Source: Candidatus Latescibacterota bacterium
GTDB lineage: Bacteria; Latescibacterota; UBA2968
DNA: 64,000 nt
Assembly (NCBI GenBank): GCA_965205975.1
Contig: OZ242195.1
Span: 2,112,001 to 2,176,000 of the forward strand
Reading direction: 5' to 3'
This document shows positions 1 through 9,552 of this stretch, one piece after another. The first letter of the stretch is position 1. Each line of letters opens with the position of its first letter. Below the pieces are notes generated by a model. The model saw only the letters and a list, made by a program, of their open reading frames with translations, was not told the DNA's origin and did not search any database. The translations under genes and the position numbers were made by a program.

Positions 1-1
1 C

Positions 2-103
2 TTTTCCGTGGAAGTAATCCACAAGCCAGGAAGCGATCACGATTCAGATGAAACCCTGAAAGCTTATGGCGATGGATTCAGAAAAATTGTCGAAAATTTT
101 TAA
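2..103 (+). CDS. Partial CDS (3' end), possibly a sugar-phosphate isomerase/epimerase TIM barrel
   Basis: Open frame FSVEVIHKPGSDHDSDETLKAYGDGFRKIVENF* ending TAA at 101-103; the SVEV motif resembles xylose-isomerase-like C-termini. Confidence 0.45.
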   Translation, partial: FSVEVIHKPGSDHDSDETLKAYGDGFRKIVENF

Positions 104-115
104 TTGGAGAATAGC

Positions 116-1531
116 ATGGCAAAACAGAATGTAATTTTATTTGGAATCGATAGTTTGTGGTCGGATCACATGAGTTGTTATGGTTATAATCGGCTCACAA
201 CGCCACATATCGACAAATTTGCCACACAGGGCGTCTTGTTCGAAAACACATTTAGCGCGCATATCCCCACCACACCGGCCTATGCGTCAATGCTCACGGG
301 CATGGATTGTTTTTCCACCGATGTCGTGGCACTGCGCCACCGCGGCGGGTTGACAGAAGACGTCGCGACCTTGCCCGAAATTTTGAGCGGAGAAGGCTAT
401 GAAACCGTGTGTGTGGGCTTTACGGGAAATCCGAGTTCTCGCGGCTTTGATGAATATGTGAACTTCAGAGCGTGGGGAAGTTGGGACGAACGTCCGCTGC
501 ACAAAGCCGAATTGCTCAACGAAGTGACATTACCCGAACTGGAACGCCTATCCGCGGGCGACAAACCGTTTTTCCTATTCTTGCGACACATGGATCCGCA
601 CGCGCCCTATTTGCCACCGCCACCGTACGATTCGATGTTCTACAGCAAAGACCCGTGCGACCCGTCCAAAACCAGCATGGAACCGGTAAAAGCATTCAAG
701 CCATTTAGAGATTTTCATTTGAGCTGGATGCCACCGGGCATTACCGACGCCGATTTTGTGGTGGCGCAATACGACGGTGAAATTGCCTATATGGATGCGT
801 GTATCCAGCGCCTGCTCACCCGTGTTGATGAACTAGGCCTGAGAGATAATACCCTAATCGTAATCAACGGCGACCACGGCGAGACCCTCGACGAGCACGA
901 TTGCTATTTTGATCACCACGGGATGTATGAATGCACCTTGAAAGTACCCCTCGCAATGCGCCTGCCCGGGCAATTGCCCGAAGGCGTGCGCGTGAAGGGT
1001 TACAATCAGCACAAAGATCTCACACCGACGATCCTGGAACTCCTGAATATAGAAACAGACATCGCGTTTGACGGACGCAGCTTAATCCCGATGGTTGAGG
1101 GAAAACGCCACACGCACGAATCGGAATTTTATATTACCGAGTGTACCTGGATGCGAAAACACGGCTGGCGCACACCCGAGTGGAAATTGATCGTAGCACT
1201 GGAACCCGACTTTCATTTTAAGCCCGAAGTAGAGCTTTACAATCTGATCCAGGACCCGGGCGAGACCACGAATCTGGCAGACAAAGAACCCGAAATGGTC
1301 GCCCTATTGCGCGGGCGGATGGAAGCCTATATTGCCAAACGCGAAAAAGAAGTGGGCCATACCAATCCCATGTACACAAACCTGAACTGGCACGGCCGCA
1401 AGAATTACGACGGACCCTTCAAATCCTCAGAAGATGCGTATAACCACATGCACATCGGTTCCGCCAGCCAGGCCGCGCGGTTGCAGGCGGGGAATAAAAA
1501 GGTAGAAGGAACGGTCGAAAAAAAGAAATAA
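116..1531 (+). CDS. Sulfatase/alkaline-phosphatase superfamily hydrolase with Thr at the nucleophile position
   Basis: NVILFGIDSL, TPHID, PTTPAYASMLTG, DPHAPY, GDHGE motifs; GGAG RBS before ATG 116. Confidence 0.85.
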   Translation: MAKQNVILFGIDSLWSDHMSCYGYNRLTTPHIDKFATQGVLFENTFSAHIPTTPAYASMLTGMDCFSTDVVALRHRGGLTEDVATLPEILSGEGYETVCVGFTGNPSSRGFDEYVNFRAWGSWDERPLHKAELLNEVTLPELERLSAGDKPFFLFLRHMDPHAPYLPPPPYDSMFYSKDPCDPSKTSMEPVKAFKPFRDFHLSWMPPGITDADFVVAQYDGEIAYMDACIQRLLTRVDELGLRDNTLIVINGDHGETLDEHDCYFDHHGMYECTLKVPLAMRLPGQLPEGVRVKGYNQHKDLTPTILELLNIETDIAFDGRSLIPMVEGKRHTHESEFYITECTWMRKHGWRTPEWKLIVALEPDFHFKPEVELYNLIQDPGETTNLADKEPEMVALLRGRMEAYIAKREKEVGHTNPMYTNLNWHGRKNYDGPFKSSEDAYNHMHIGSASQAARLQAGNKKVEGTVEKKK

Positions 1532-1541
1532 GAGAAAGCAT

Positions 1542-2933
1542 ATGAGAATAATCACATTGGCATTGCAAAGTCTTTTGACGCTGTTGATGCTAGCCAGTTG
1601 TTCCACCCCTGGGAACATGCGGTCGCACTGGCCTGAATACCCCGTAAATCCATTCGTCATCCAATTGGATATTCCCGGCCCTACGGATTCTGCTGGCGGC
1701 CTCATTGTCGCCGATCTGAATGGAGATGGACGCATGGATTACCTGGTCACCGTTCCCAATTATCTCACGACTCATGCCCACGATGGCCGCAAACTCTGGG
1801 TAATCGAAACCGACCTCCGGGTAGGCGGCTCCTCAGAGCGCGTCGGCCTACCCGGCCATCACGGTCCAGGTGTTCAGGTTACAGACGTCGATGGCGATGA
1901 ACAGGTCGAAGTGCTGTTCCTTACCCAGGATGGCACGCTCCACGTAATTGATGGCACTACAGGGCGCGAGCAGTGGACCGCAAAGCCGCCCATCCCCAAA
2001 GGCGCCCAACGCTGGGAGCACCTGGTCGTAGCCAATTTCCGCGGCGCGGGAGATCGAGATTTACTCCTCCAAGCCACCAATGCCAAAGGTTACCGCATGG
2101 GGCGCTTTCTAGCGGCCTATGCGCTGGCCGATCTCCGGCGCGGACATTTTGTCCCCCTGTGGGAACGCGACGATTTCGTTGCCTGCGCCCACAACGGCGC
2201 ACGGCTGGCGGATCTGAATAGAGATGGGCAAGACGAAGTGATCGGCACTACGGTCGTCTCTGCCGATGGCAAAATTTTACTGCGGATTCCCCTAAAAGGT
2301 CACATCGACTCGATCTTCATCTACGACGTGCGGCCCGATATACCGGGTTTGGAAATCATCGCCTTAGAAGAAGGGGGCGGCAATCGCATTTTCCTCTACA
2401 ACCACGAACAACTCTTATGGGAAACGCACTTTCGCCACCGGGAACCCCAGAATGCGGCGGTCGGCGAGTTCGACCTGGAGCGACCGGGCCTGGAGATATG
2501 GTGCCGGAGCCGCTATAACGAGCATCAGAAGCCTTTTGTTTTTGACGCGCGGGGAGAGAAAATCGCGGATTACCAGATGGACGATGTAGCACCCGAGGGC
2601 TGGACCACAAGAGGGGTCGAGGTCATCCACAAGATCGATTGGACAGGTGACCGCAAACAGCTTGCCGCAGCCAAAGAGCGCCATATCTCCGGGGATATTG
2701 GCATCTTCGATCCGCTTAGCGGGCGCTTTCTCCACCGGTTTGAGGAAAAGGCCGACCGGCTCTATGTGGGCGATGTGGCTGGAGATTGGCGCGAAGAACT
2801 GATCGTCTTGCACAGCAACCAACTCCACATCTACTTCAATGAATCTGAGAATCGGGGTTCTGACCGTCAGCGCCTGTGGTCGCAAGACCACTACCGCCGC
2901 AGTAAGATGACCTGGAACTATTACAGCCCATAA
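1542..2933 (+). CDS. Lipoprotein with FG-GAP/VCBS-like repeats (rhamnogalacturonan-lyase-like beta-propeller)
   Basis: Signal peptide with lipobox LASC; repeated DLNGDG/DVDGDE/DLNRDG/DVAGDW Ca-blade motifs. Confidence 0.7.
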   Translation: MRIITLALQSLLTLLMLASCSTPGNMRSHWPEYPVNPFVIQLDIPGPTDSAGGLIVADLNGDGRMDYLVTVPNYLTTHAHDGRKLWVIETDLRVGGSSERVGLPGHHGPGVQVTDVDGDEQVEVLFLTQDGTLHVIDGTTGREQWTAKPPIPKGAQRWEHLVVANFRGAGDRDLLLQATNAKGYRMGRFLAAYALADLRRGHFVPLWERDDFVACAHNGARLADLNRDGQDEVIGTTVVSADGKILLRIPLKGHIDSIFIYDVRPDIPGLEIIALEEGGGNRIFLYNHEQLLWETHFRHREPQNAAVGEFDLERPGLEIWCRSRYNEHQKPFVFDARGEKIADYQMDDVAPEGWTTRGVEVIHKIDWTGDRKQLAAAKERHISGDIGIFDPLSGRFLHRFEEKADRLYVGDVAGDWREELIVLHSNQLHIYFNESENRGSDRQRLWSQDHYRRSKMTWNYYSP

Positions 2934-2945
2934 GGTCAGGTAAAA

Positions 2946-3209
2946 ATGAATCCGAGAGTAAAAGAAGTAACACCACTTGCTGATTATCAACTCAAAATTC
3001 CGTTTACAAATGGTGAATTTGGCATCTATGACTGTCGTCCCTTGCTGGATTTCGGTGTGTTCAAAGAACTCGCGGACGAGGCTTATTTCCGCCAGGTTCG
3101 AGCAGAAGGTGGTACCGTCGTATGGCCCCATGAACAAGACATTTGTCCTGATACTGTTTATTTGGACTCAAGGAGATACAAGAACAGCGAAGTCTCATTA
3201 TCTTTTTAA
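2946..3209 (+). CDS. DUF2442-family protein (antitoxin-like)
   Basis: V..V.PL.DY.L...F.NGE, GVFKEL.D..YF.QV, GTVVWP..QDICPD.VY pattern. Confidence 0.8.
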   Translation: MNPRVKEVTPLADYQLKIPFTNGEFGIYDCRPLLDFGVFKELADEAYFRQVRAEGGTVVWPHEQDICPDTVYLDSRRYKNSEVSLSF

Positions 3210-3221
3210 CCGGTTGAGGAA

Positions 3222-3288
3222 GGTTCTGCCAGCCAGGTCGTGCGGGTGCATTGCGAGCAATAAGAAAGTGGAAGGCACAATTGCGTAA
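3222..3288 (+). repeat. Degenerate copy of the 3' end of the upstream sulfatase gene (1457-1531)
   Basis: ggttctgccagccaggtcgtgcgggtgca..aataagaaagtggaaggcaca versus ggttccgccagccaggccgcgcggttgca..aataaaaaggtagaaggaacg. Confidence 0.8.
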
Positions 3289-3302
3289 AACAGAGGTAAT
3301 TC

Positions 3303-4193
3303 ATGCTCAGAGGCGTAACGAGTCGGAGTGAAACAAGAAGATGTCAAAAGCTCCTTGAGGACACGCTGGGCAAGGGACTGAACTTGAAATGGCACCTCAA
3401 GATTGGATATCCTGGTGGAAGTGGCCGATACTCTGTAAAGCACAACCGGATAGTTTGGTTTACATCAGAAAAGCACAAAGGAAAAAAGTTCTGGAATGCG
3501 TTTGGTCTGAAACCAGATAAAAATAAGCAAAACGATATTGTGGCTGAAATAAACATACCAATTGATGGGATAAATCTTAGTATTGGTGCAGGTATGTTTG
3601 CTGTTGATGAAAAAGGTTCTATATTTTTGTTACACAGCGGAAGGATTGGCGGTGGCTATCCAGGTATTAACAAGGCAAACTTTCTCGCCTGGTATTCACA
3701 GTACGAATCTATGATAGAGGTAGAGAACGGGACAAAAGTTGAGAAAGGTATTCTGATTGGCAATGTTTCTCAAAAAGAGGACTTAATCAACGGCCTTATC
3801 AGATATCTTAGAGACGTTGAGTATTTCAAACAGCTTGTCCGAGACCCGTCTTCATTAAATGAAGGTAAGGTTATTAGAGGTCATAAAGGTAAGCCAAACA
3901 AAAGGGAAATAGTTGCAACAACTTACGAACGAAATCCAAAAATTGCGGAGTTGGCAAAAAGAATGGCGAATGGAAAATGTCGCTTATGTGGAAAAAAGGG
4001 GCCTTTCAAAGACAATTTAGGTAGGCCGTTTCTCGAAACGCATCATGTCAAGTGGCTTTCAAACGGCGGAAAAGATTCAATAGATAATATCGTCGCGCTA
4101 TGTCCGAATTGCCACAGAAAGATGCATTATCTGGATAATAAGCAGGATAGGGATCGACTGACACGTATAGCAACCTCGCAAAGAATATCGTGA
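3303..4193 (+). CDS. HNH endonuclease (McrA-like C-terminal domain) with unrecognised N-terminal domain
   Basis: YERNP, CRLC, FLETHHVKWLSNGGKD..DN.VALCPNCHRKMH. Confidence 0.85.
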   Translation: MLRGVTSRSETRRCQKLLEDTLGKGLNLKWHLKIGYPGGSGRYSVKHNRIVWFTSEKHKGKKFWNAFGLKPDKNKQNDIVAEINIPIDGINLSIGAGMFAVDEKGSIFLLHSGRIGGGYPGINKANFLAWYSQYESMIEVENGTKVEKGILIGNVSQKEDLINGLIRYLRDVEYFKQLVRDPSSLNEGKVIRGHKGKPNKREIVATTYERNPKIAELAKRMANGKCRLCGKKGPFKDNLGRPFLETHHVKWLSNGGKDSIDNIVALCPNCHRKMHYLDNKQDRDRLTRIATSQRIS

Positions 4194-4274
4194 AAAGGGT
4201 CACAGGTCTTAACCTAATGACTACTATCAACCTTTTATCTTTCCACCTATAAACACTATGATGAGAGGCTAGCC

Positions 4275-4511
4275 ATGACCCAATGGAATATCGTTATATC
4301 AGAGGAAACCGACCGCCAGGTTCGGAGCTATCTGGCCCGGACTGGCGGAAAAAAAGGCGATCTGTCCCGTTTCGTTGACCGTGCGGTACGTCAAGCAATC
4401 TTCTGGGAGACAGTCGAAACGATCTGGGAACGAAACAAGCACCTCCCAGCCGAAGAAGCCCAAGTCCTCGCCGACGAAGCTGTGGATAGCGTACGTGCGA
4501 ATCGTTCTTGA
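4275..4511 (+). CDS. Ribbon-helix-helix antitoxin
   Basis: WNIVISEETDRQVRSYLA...KKGDLSRFV RHH pattern; overlaps the PIN gene. Confidence 0.75.
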   Translation: MTQWNIVISEETDRQVRSYLARTGGKKGDLSRFVDRAVRQAIFWETVETIWERNKHLPAEEAQVLADEAVDSVRANRS

Positions 4512-4938
4512 TACAAATGTGCTCGTAAGCGCGCTGATCGCAAAAGAAGGACCGCCAGGCCTCTTGTTAGCAGCTGTCAGACGTGGAGACTTCACACTGG
4601 TCTCTTCATCTTACCAAATTGAGGAACTGAGGGAAGTCTTGGGCCGCGACCGCTTGAAACCGTACATCCAGCCCGAAGAGGCCAGCGACTTGCTTTATAA
4701 CCTGGGATCGATTGGGGTGGTCGTCACTGAGTTGCCGGATGTAGATATATCACCGGACCCAAAGGATGCTCCAATCTTGGCAACCGGGATAGCGGGCCAA
4801 GCGGATCTGATTGTTTCTGGGGACAAAAAGGACATGCTGGCTCTCGGTCATATTGAAGACATCCCGATAGTCACTCCTCGTGAGGCGGTTAGACGGCTAC
4901 CTCAGCATCAAAATAAAAATAATGGCTCCGAAGGATAG
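4495..4938 (+). CDS. PIN-domain toxin (VapC-like)
   Basis: GTG start; RIVLDTNVLVSAL, DPKD, ADLIVSGDKKD, IPIVTP. Confidence 0.85.
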   Translation: MRIVLDTNVLVSALIAKEGPPGLLLAAVRRGDFTLVSSSYQIEELREVLGRDRLKPYIQPEEASDLLYNLGSIGVVVTELPDVDISPDPKDAPILATGIAGQADLIVSGDKKDMLALGHIEDIPIVTPREAVRRLPQHQNKNNGSEG

Positions 4939-4994
4939 GCAAATAATGCAGATGTTCAAATAAAAGCAAGCATTGAGCATTGGAGGAATACAAC

Positions 4995-6137
4995 ATGGCA
5001 ATCGATACCATAACATCCGAAGCCATTGAAGTAATAAATCCGACCGGGAGGCGGGTATTGCAACTGACGACAAATACGCGGCGATCGGTGCATGGGTATT
5101 ACGATCTGCCCCCGTGGTCTCCCGTAGATGGGCGCATTGCATTTAGCCGCATGGATGCACCCGATTCAAAAACAGGCGATATTTGCGTCATGGATGCCGA
5201 TGGGGACAACTTGCACAAAGTGGCCGAATCCCGTGCGATGTCCGCCAATGGCGGCGCACTGGCGCAATGGGCTGCGGATGGATCGCGGATCTACTTCAAG
5301 GACCGAGACCGCGAAACCCGTTTGATCGGATGGGTCGATCCAGACACGGGTATGTCGGGCACGCATCCCGGAGACCTCCGAATGATTTCACCAGCTGGAC
5401 ACCTGCATGCCTATCACACGATGCACGGGGATTACGCCGAAGACGACGTACCCAAAATGAAAGACATACACGGTGTCTTCGCGCAGGATCTGAAAACAGG
5501 GGAATCCAAACAACTCGCAACCCTCTCCGATTGCCTAACACTCCACCCCCGCCGAGACGAAATAGCCGACTGGCACATGTTCGTCAAACACACCAAATGG
5601 TCTCCCGATGGATCGCGGATGATGTTTGTATTCACCAACGAAATCCATTTTGATCGAAAATACGGCGAACTTCCCAGAGTGAAAGATGTGTACGTCATCA
5701 ATGCAGATGGCTCAAACCTCAAGCGCGTAGGCGAATTTGGCAACCACCCCCTGTGGCATCCCAATGGTCGAGAAATACTGACCAACAGCCCGTTTGAAGG
5801 CTCACCGGGCAATAAACTGGTACTGACTGATGTGGAAACGGGTGAAGAGCGTTTGGCCGCAACCTGTGCAAAGGGATCGGGGCATCCCTCCTTTTCACCA
5901 GATGGAAAATACATTGTCATAGATGTCGTGAACAACACAACAAAAGAAGCCAAATTCCTGCTGGTAGATGTCGAAACCGATACTATTGAAACCCTGTTGG
6001 AACTCTCGGTCTTCGACCACTCCCATGCCGGAACCCATCTACACCCGGTATGGCGGCAAGATAGCTCGCAGATCCTTTACGCCAGCGATGCATCCGAAAT
6101 TTGCCAATTGTGTGTGATTGAACGAATAGACGAATAG
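4995..6137 (+). CDS. TolB/oligogalacturonate-lyase-like beta-propeller protein
   Basis: PWSPVDG, WSPDG, HPLWHPNG, HPSFSPDG, HLHPVW repeats; GGAGG RBS. Confidence 0.75.
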   Translation: MAIDTITSEAIEVINPTGRRVLQLTTNTRRSVHGYYDLPPWSPVDGRIAFSRMDAPDSKTGDICVMDADGDNLHKVAESRAMSANGGALAQWAADGSRIYFKDRDRETRLIGWVDPDTGMSGTHPGDLRMISPAGHLHAYHTMHGDYAEDDVPKMKDIHGVFAQDLKTGESKQLATLSDCLTLHPRRDEIADWHMFVKHTKWSPDGSRMMFVFTNEIHFDRKYGELPRVKDVYVINADGSNLKRVGEFGNHPLWHPNGREILTNSPFEGSPGNKLVLTDVETGEERLAATCAKGSGHPSFSPDGKYIVIDVVNNTTKEAKFLLVDVETDTIETLLELSVFDHSHAGTHLHPVWRQDSSQILYASDASEICQLCVIERIDE

Positions 6138-6242
6138 ACGAATAGACGAACCCCGCTCCACCACCCAAAGTTGTTACAAACTCCATCGTTGATTCGTTGA
6201 TGAACTGGCCTGAACCAGTTGTACCCCGCTCCGTTGATTCGC
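6122..6242 (+). repeat. Dispersed repeat with octamer tandem arms (ACGAATAG)n...(ATTCGTTG)n; second copy at 33834-33927 on the minus strand
   Basis: Both copies share gacgaatagacgaatagacgaa-ccc..c.ccacccaaa and attcgttgat arms. Confidence 0.8.
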
Positions 6243-6255
6243 AAAGGAGACTCTC

Positions 6256-7089
6256 ATGCCCGTAAAATCCGTTTACATGATGACCGATTTGGAAGGTTCA
6301 GCCGGAGTAGATGATTGGGATCCGAGACACCGGGAAGATGCGACAACGGCAAAAGGCGTGTACGACCGCGCTGAGATGCAGCGATTGTTGACAGGTGAAG
6401 TCAACGCCGCAGCCGAAGGATTATTTGCAGCAGGCGTAGAAGAAATAATCATCAATGATGCACATGGAGCGGGACGCACCATCTTATCAGAAGAATTGAT
6501 CTCAGGCGTAAAACTGGTGCAGGGCGTCAACCGCCCCTGCTGGTTACCCGGATTATCCCCCAGATTTGACGCATTGATCCAACTGGGCATGCATGCGATG
6601 ACTGGCACGCCCAACGGATGTCTCGCACACTCGATGAGCCGCAATATGATCTATCGCGTCAATGGTGCCGAAGTCGGCGAGATGGAAATGGCGGCTTACT
6701 TGTGTGGGGATCTGGGTATTCCCTGGGTCTTTACATCGGGCGATCTGCACGCATGTACCGAATCCGAGCGCTGGGTCAACAACATTGTCACAGCACCAGT
6801 AAAAGAAGGCCTGGGTGAATTATGTGCGCTCCACCTGGCGCCAGTAGATGCCCGTGCCCTCATCAAGACGCGCGTTTATGAAGCCCTGGAGATCGTTGAA
6901 AATATCGAACCACTCGTTGCAAAAAGCCCTGTGGTCATGGAAGTCACGCGCCCCGAACCCGGTCGCCTTTCCGTGCCAGAAGGGGTTGAGCGTGTAGATG
7001 ACTTTACAATTCGGTGTGAAGGCGAATCCTTCTGGCAGGTGTTTCACAACATGGTTTATGGCAAACCCGATTTCCCAGTTCCCGCGTAA
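6256..7089 (+). CDS. M55 family D-aminopeptidase (DppA-like)
   Basis: TDLEG, EVNAA, INDAHG, GMHA, LAHS, SGD motifs. Confidence 0.9.
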   Translation: MPVKSVYMMTDLEGSAGVDDWDPRHREDATTAKGVYDRAEMQRLLTGEVNAAAEGLFAAGVEEIIINDAHGAGRTILSEELISGVKLVQGVNRPCWLPGLSPRFDALIQLGMHAMTGTPNGCLAHSMSRNMIYRVNGAEVGEMEMAAYLCGDLGIPWVFTSGDLHACTESERWVNNIVTAPVKEGLGELCALHLAPVDARALIKTRVYEALEIVENIEPLVAKSPVVMEVTRPEPGRLSVPEGVERVDDFTIRCEGESFWQVFHNMVYGKPDFPVPA

Positions 7090-7113
7090 TTTCTTCGCAT
7101 TATAGGAGGATAT

Positions 7114-7818
7114 ATGAAAGTCAAAATAGAGAATCAATTTCGAGCGCCTTATGGCGTACCAAACGGATTGCAACTCACTGGCGAAGGCTTGTGGATTGTA
7201 GATCAGGTGACGGATAGGGTGGCATTGATGAGCATGGAAGAGGGTATAGACGATTATTACGGCAATCGCCGCCTATTGAGAGACATCCCATCGGAATCCT
7301 CCAACACCAGTGGCATGGCCGCGGGTGATGGATCGTTGTGGTTGGCAGCCAATGGGCCGGGGCAACGCTGGCGGATACCGCGCAAGACCGATGCGCCTCA
7401 GGGTGAAATTTTGCGCGTAGATCCCTGTAATGGAGAAACACAGGGCCGCTGGGCACTGCCCACGGGCGGCGGCACACACGGCGTAGAATACGACGCAATT
7501 GAACCGGGCACATTATGGCTGACGACCTTGAAAGAACAGACCATTACGCAAATGCGTATTAAAGACTGGTCCGTCATCCGAACATTAAAACTGCCCTTGC
7601 ATCGCGCACACGGTGTGGTCCGAATGGAAGAAGATTCGATCTGGGTGGTTCATACAGGTGATCGGGTCATTGTAAATCTGGATCTGGCGACAAATGCAGA
7701 ACTCGATCGCATAGAAGTGCCCGAACCCCATCCCGAACCACACGGACTCTCCATCTGCGACGGCGGATTTTTGTATTGCGATGCCACATCGGGGTGGGTT
7801 GCCAAAATTTCCTGGTGA
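7114..7818 (+). CDS. Small beta-propeller protein (Vgb/NHL/glutaminyl-cyclase-like)
   Basis: PNGL, TSGM, THGV, AHGV, PHGL blade repeats. Confidence 0.6.
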   Translation: MKVKIENQFRAPYGVPNGLQLTGEGLWIVDQVTDRVALMSMEEGIDDYYGNRRLLRDIPSESSNTSGMAAGDGSLWLAANGPGQRWRIPRKTDAPQGEILRVDPCNGETQGRWALPTGGGTHGVEYDAIEPGTLWLTTLKEQTITQMRIKDWSVIRTLKLPLHRAHGVVRMEEDSIWVVHTGDRVIVNLDLATNAELDRIEVPEPHPEPHGLSICDGGFLYCDATSGWVAKISW

Positions 7819-7845
7819 TGGGACACGCCTGTTATCTTTACAATT

Positions 7846-7873
7846 AGCCCCGGTCCTCCGGGGCTTTTCTTTC
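7846..7873 (+). terminator. Rho-independent terminator-like hairpin
   Basis: agccccgg-tcct-ccggggct followed by a T-rich tract. Confidence 0.65.
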
Positions 7874-7891
7874 TCACAACTGAGGTACGCG

Positions 7892-9478
7892 ATGAGTAAT
7901 CGAGCAGTAATCGGCGTCGATGTGGGCACAGGCAGCGTGCGGGCAGGCGTATTTGACCTATACGGCACGATGTTGGGCACAGCATCCTCCCCCATTCTGG
8001 AATTTAATCCCAAACCCGATTTTTACGAACAATCCTCGAAGAACATCTGGGCAGAAACCGGAAAAGTCGTTCGCCAGGCCATCGCCCAATCTGGCCTCTC
8101 GCCCGATGCGATAATCGGCATGAGTTTTGACGCAACCTGTTCTCTCGTCGTCCTGGACACTGCTGGACAACCCCTGACCGTATCTGAAACGGGCGAAACC
8201 GAGCGCAACATCATCGTGTGGCGCGATCACCGCGCAATAGATCAGGTAAATCGCATCAATGCGGGTGGATATGATGTATTGCAATACGTCGGGGGTACGA
8301 TGTCGCCCGAACAAGAACCGCCCAAACTCTTGTGGATCAAAGAGAACCTGCCCGAAACATGGCAAAAAGCGGGCAAATTTTTTGACCTGGCGGATTTTAT
8401 GGTCTATAAAGCAACGGGGACCGACCGCCGCAGTTTGTGTACCAACGTATGCAAATGGACCTATCTAGGCCATGAATCGCGCTGGGATCGCACCTTCTTT
8501 AGTGCCATTGGTCTGGGCGATTTATTCGACGGCGGAAAAGTGACAGAAGATGTCGCGCCCATGGGCGAAAACGCGGGCACACTGAGTGCAGAAGCCGCCG
8601 ATTCGATGGGATTGACAACACAAACTGCCGTGGGTGTCGGCATCATCGATGCACATGCGGGAGGCATTGGCGTTGGCGTCAGCGAACCGATATTAGCTTT
8701 GATCGGCGGCACCTCGTCGTGCCACATGGCCGTGTCAAAAGACGCGCGATTTATCCCCGGCGTGTGGGGACCTTACTTCGGAGCGATGCTACCGGGTTTG
8801 TGGCTCAGCGAAGGCGGGCAAAGTGCAACGGGCGCGTTATTGGACCACACCATCGAGCGATTTGGCATGGTGAAAGAAGAAGATCACTACTGGCATGTAC
8901 TCACGGGAAAAGAAATCAATGCCGTGTACGCAGAACTCAACGCGTACATCGCCGCAAAAGGCGTGCGCTCAGATTGGACAGAACGGCTGCATATTTTGCC
9001 CGACCACCACGGAAACCGCTCTCCCAAAGCCGACCCCAACGCACGGGGAATGATGGACGGCTTGACCCTGGACATGTCCTACAACACACTGGCGCAAATT
9101 TATCACGCAACCATCCAGGCGGTCGCTTATGGCACGCGCAATATCATTGACGAAATGGAAAAACAGGGCTACGCAATTGAGCAGATCAATGCGTGTGGAG
9201 GCGGCACAAAAAACGAACTGTGGATACGCGAACACGCCGACGCCACACAGCGCCCCATACACCTGCCCAAAGAACCCGAAGCCGTATTACTCGGATCAGC
9301 AATCCTCGGTGCCGTCGCCGCGGGTGCATACCCATCAATCCAGGAAGCGATGGACGCGATGTGTCACGCGGGCGAGGTCATTGAACCCAATCGAGACACC
9401 GCAGATTATCACGCCTATAAATACGAACAACAGTTGGCCATGTACGACCAGCACATAGCCCGACGCAACATCGACTGA
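7892..9478 (+). CDS. FGGY-family carbohydrate (pentulose/ribulose) kinase
   Basis: IGVDVGTGSVRAG, FDATCSL, WRDHRA, IDAHAG, GTSSCH, GNRSP, CGGG. Confidence 0.92.
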   Translation: MSNRAVIGVDVGTGSVRAGVFDLYGTMLGTASSPILEFNPKPDFYEQSSKNIWAETGKVVRQAIAQSGLSPDAIIGMSFDATCSLVVLDTAGQPLTVSETGETERNIIVWRDHRAIDQVNRINAGGYDVLQYVGGTMSPEQEPPKLLWIKENLPETWQKAGKFFDLADFMVYKATGTDRRSLCTNVCKWTYLGHESRWDRTFFSAIGLGDLFDGGKVTEDVAPMGENAGTLSAEAADSMGLTTQTAVGVGIIDAHAGGIGVGVSEPILALIGGTSSCHMAVSKDARFIPGVWGPYFGAMLPGLWLSEGGQSATGALLDHTIERFGMVKEEDHYWHVLTGKEINAVYAELNAYIAAKGVRSDWTERLHILPDHHGNRSPKADPNARGMMDGLTLDMSYNTLAQIYHATIQAVAYGTRNIIDEMEKQGYAIEQINACGGGTKNELWIREHADATQRPIHLPKEPEAVLLGSAILGAVAAGAYPSIQEAMDAMCHAGEVIEPNRDTADYHAYKYEQQLAMYDQHIARRNID

Positions 9479-9552
9479 TTGGAAATTCGGTTGTGTTTCG
9501 CGCGATATCGCATTAGCATGGAGTTGTGAATTATCAACTGAAGGAGGCAATT

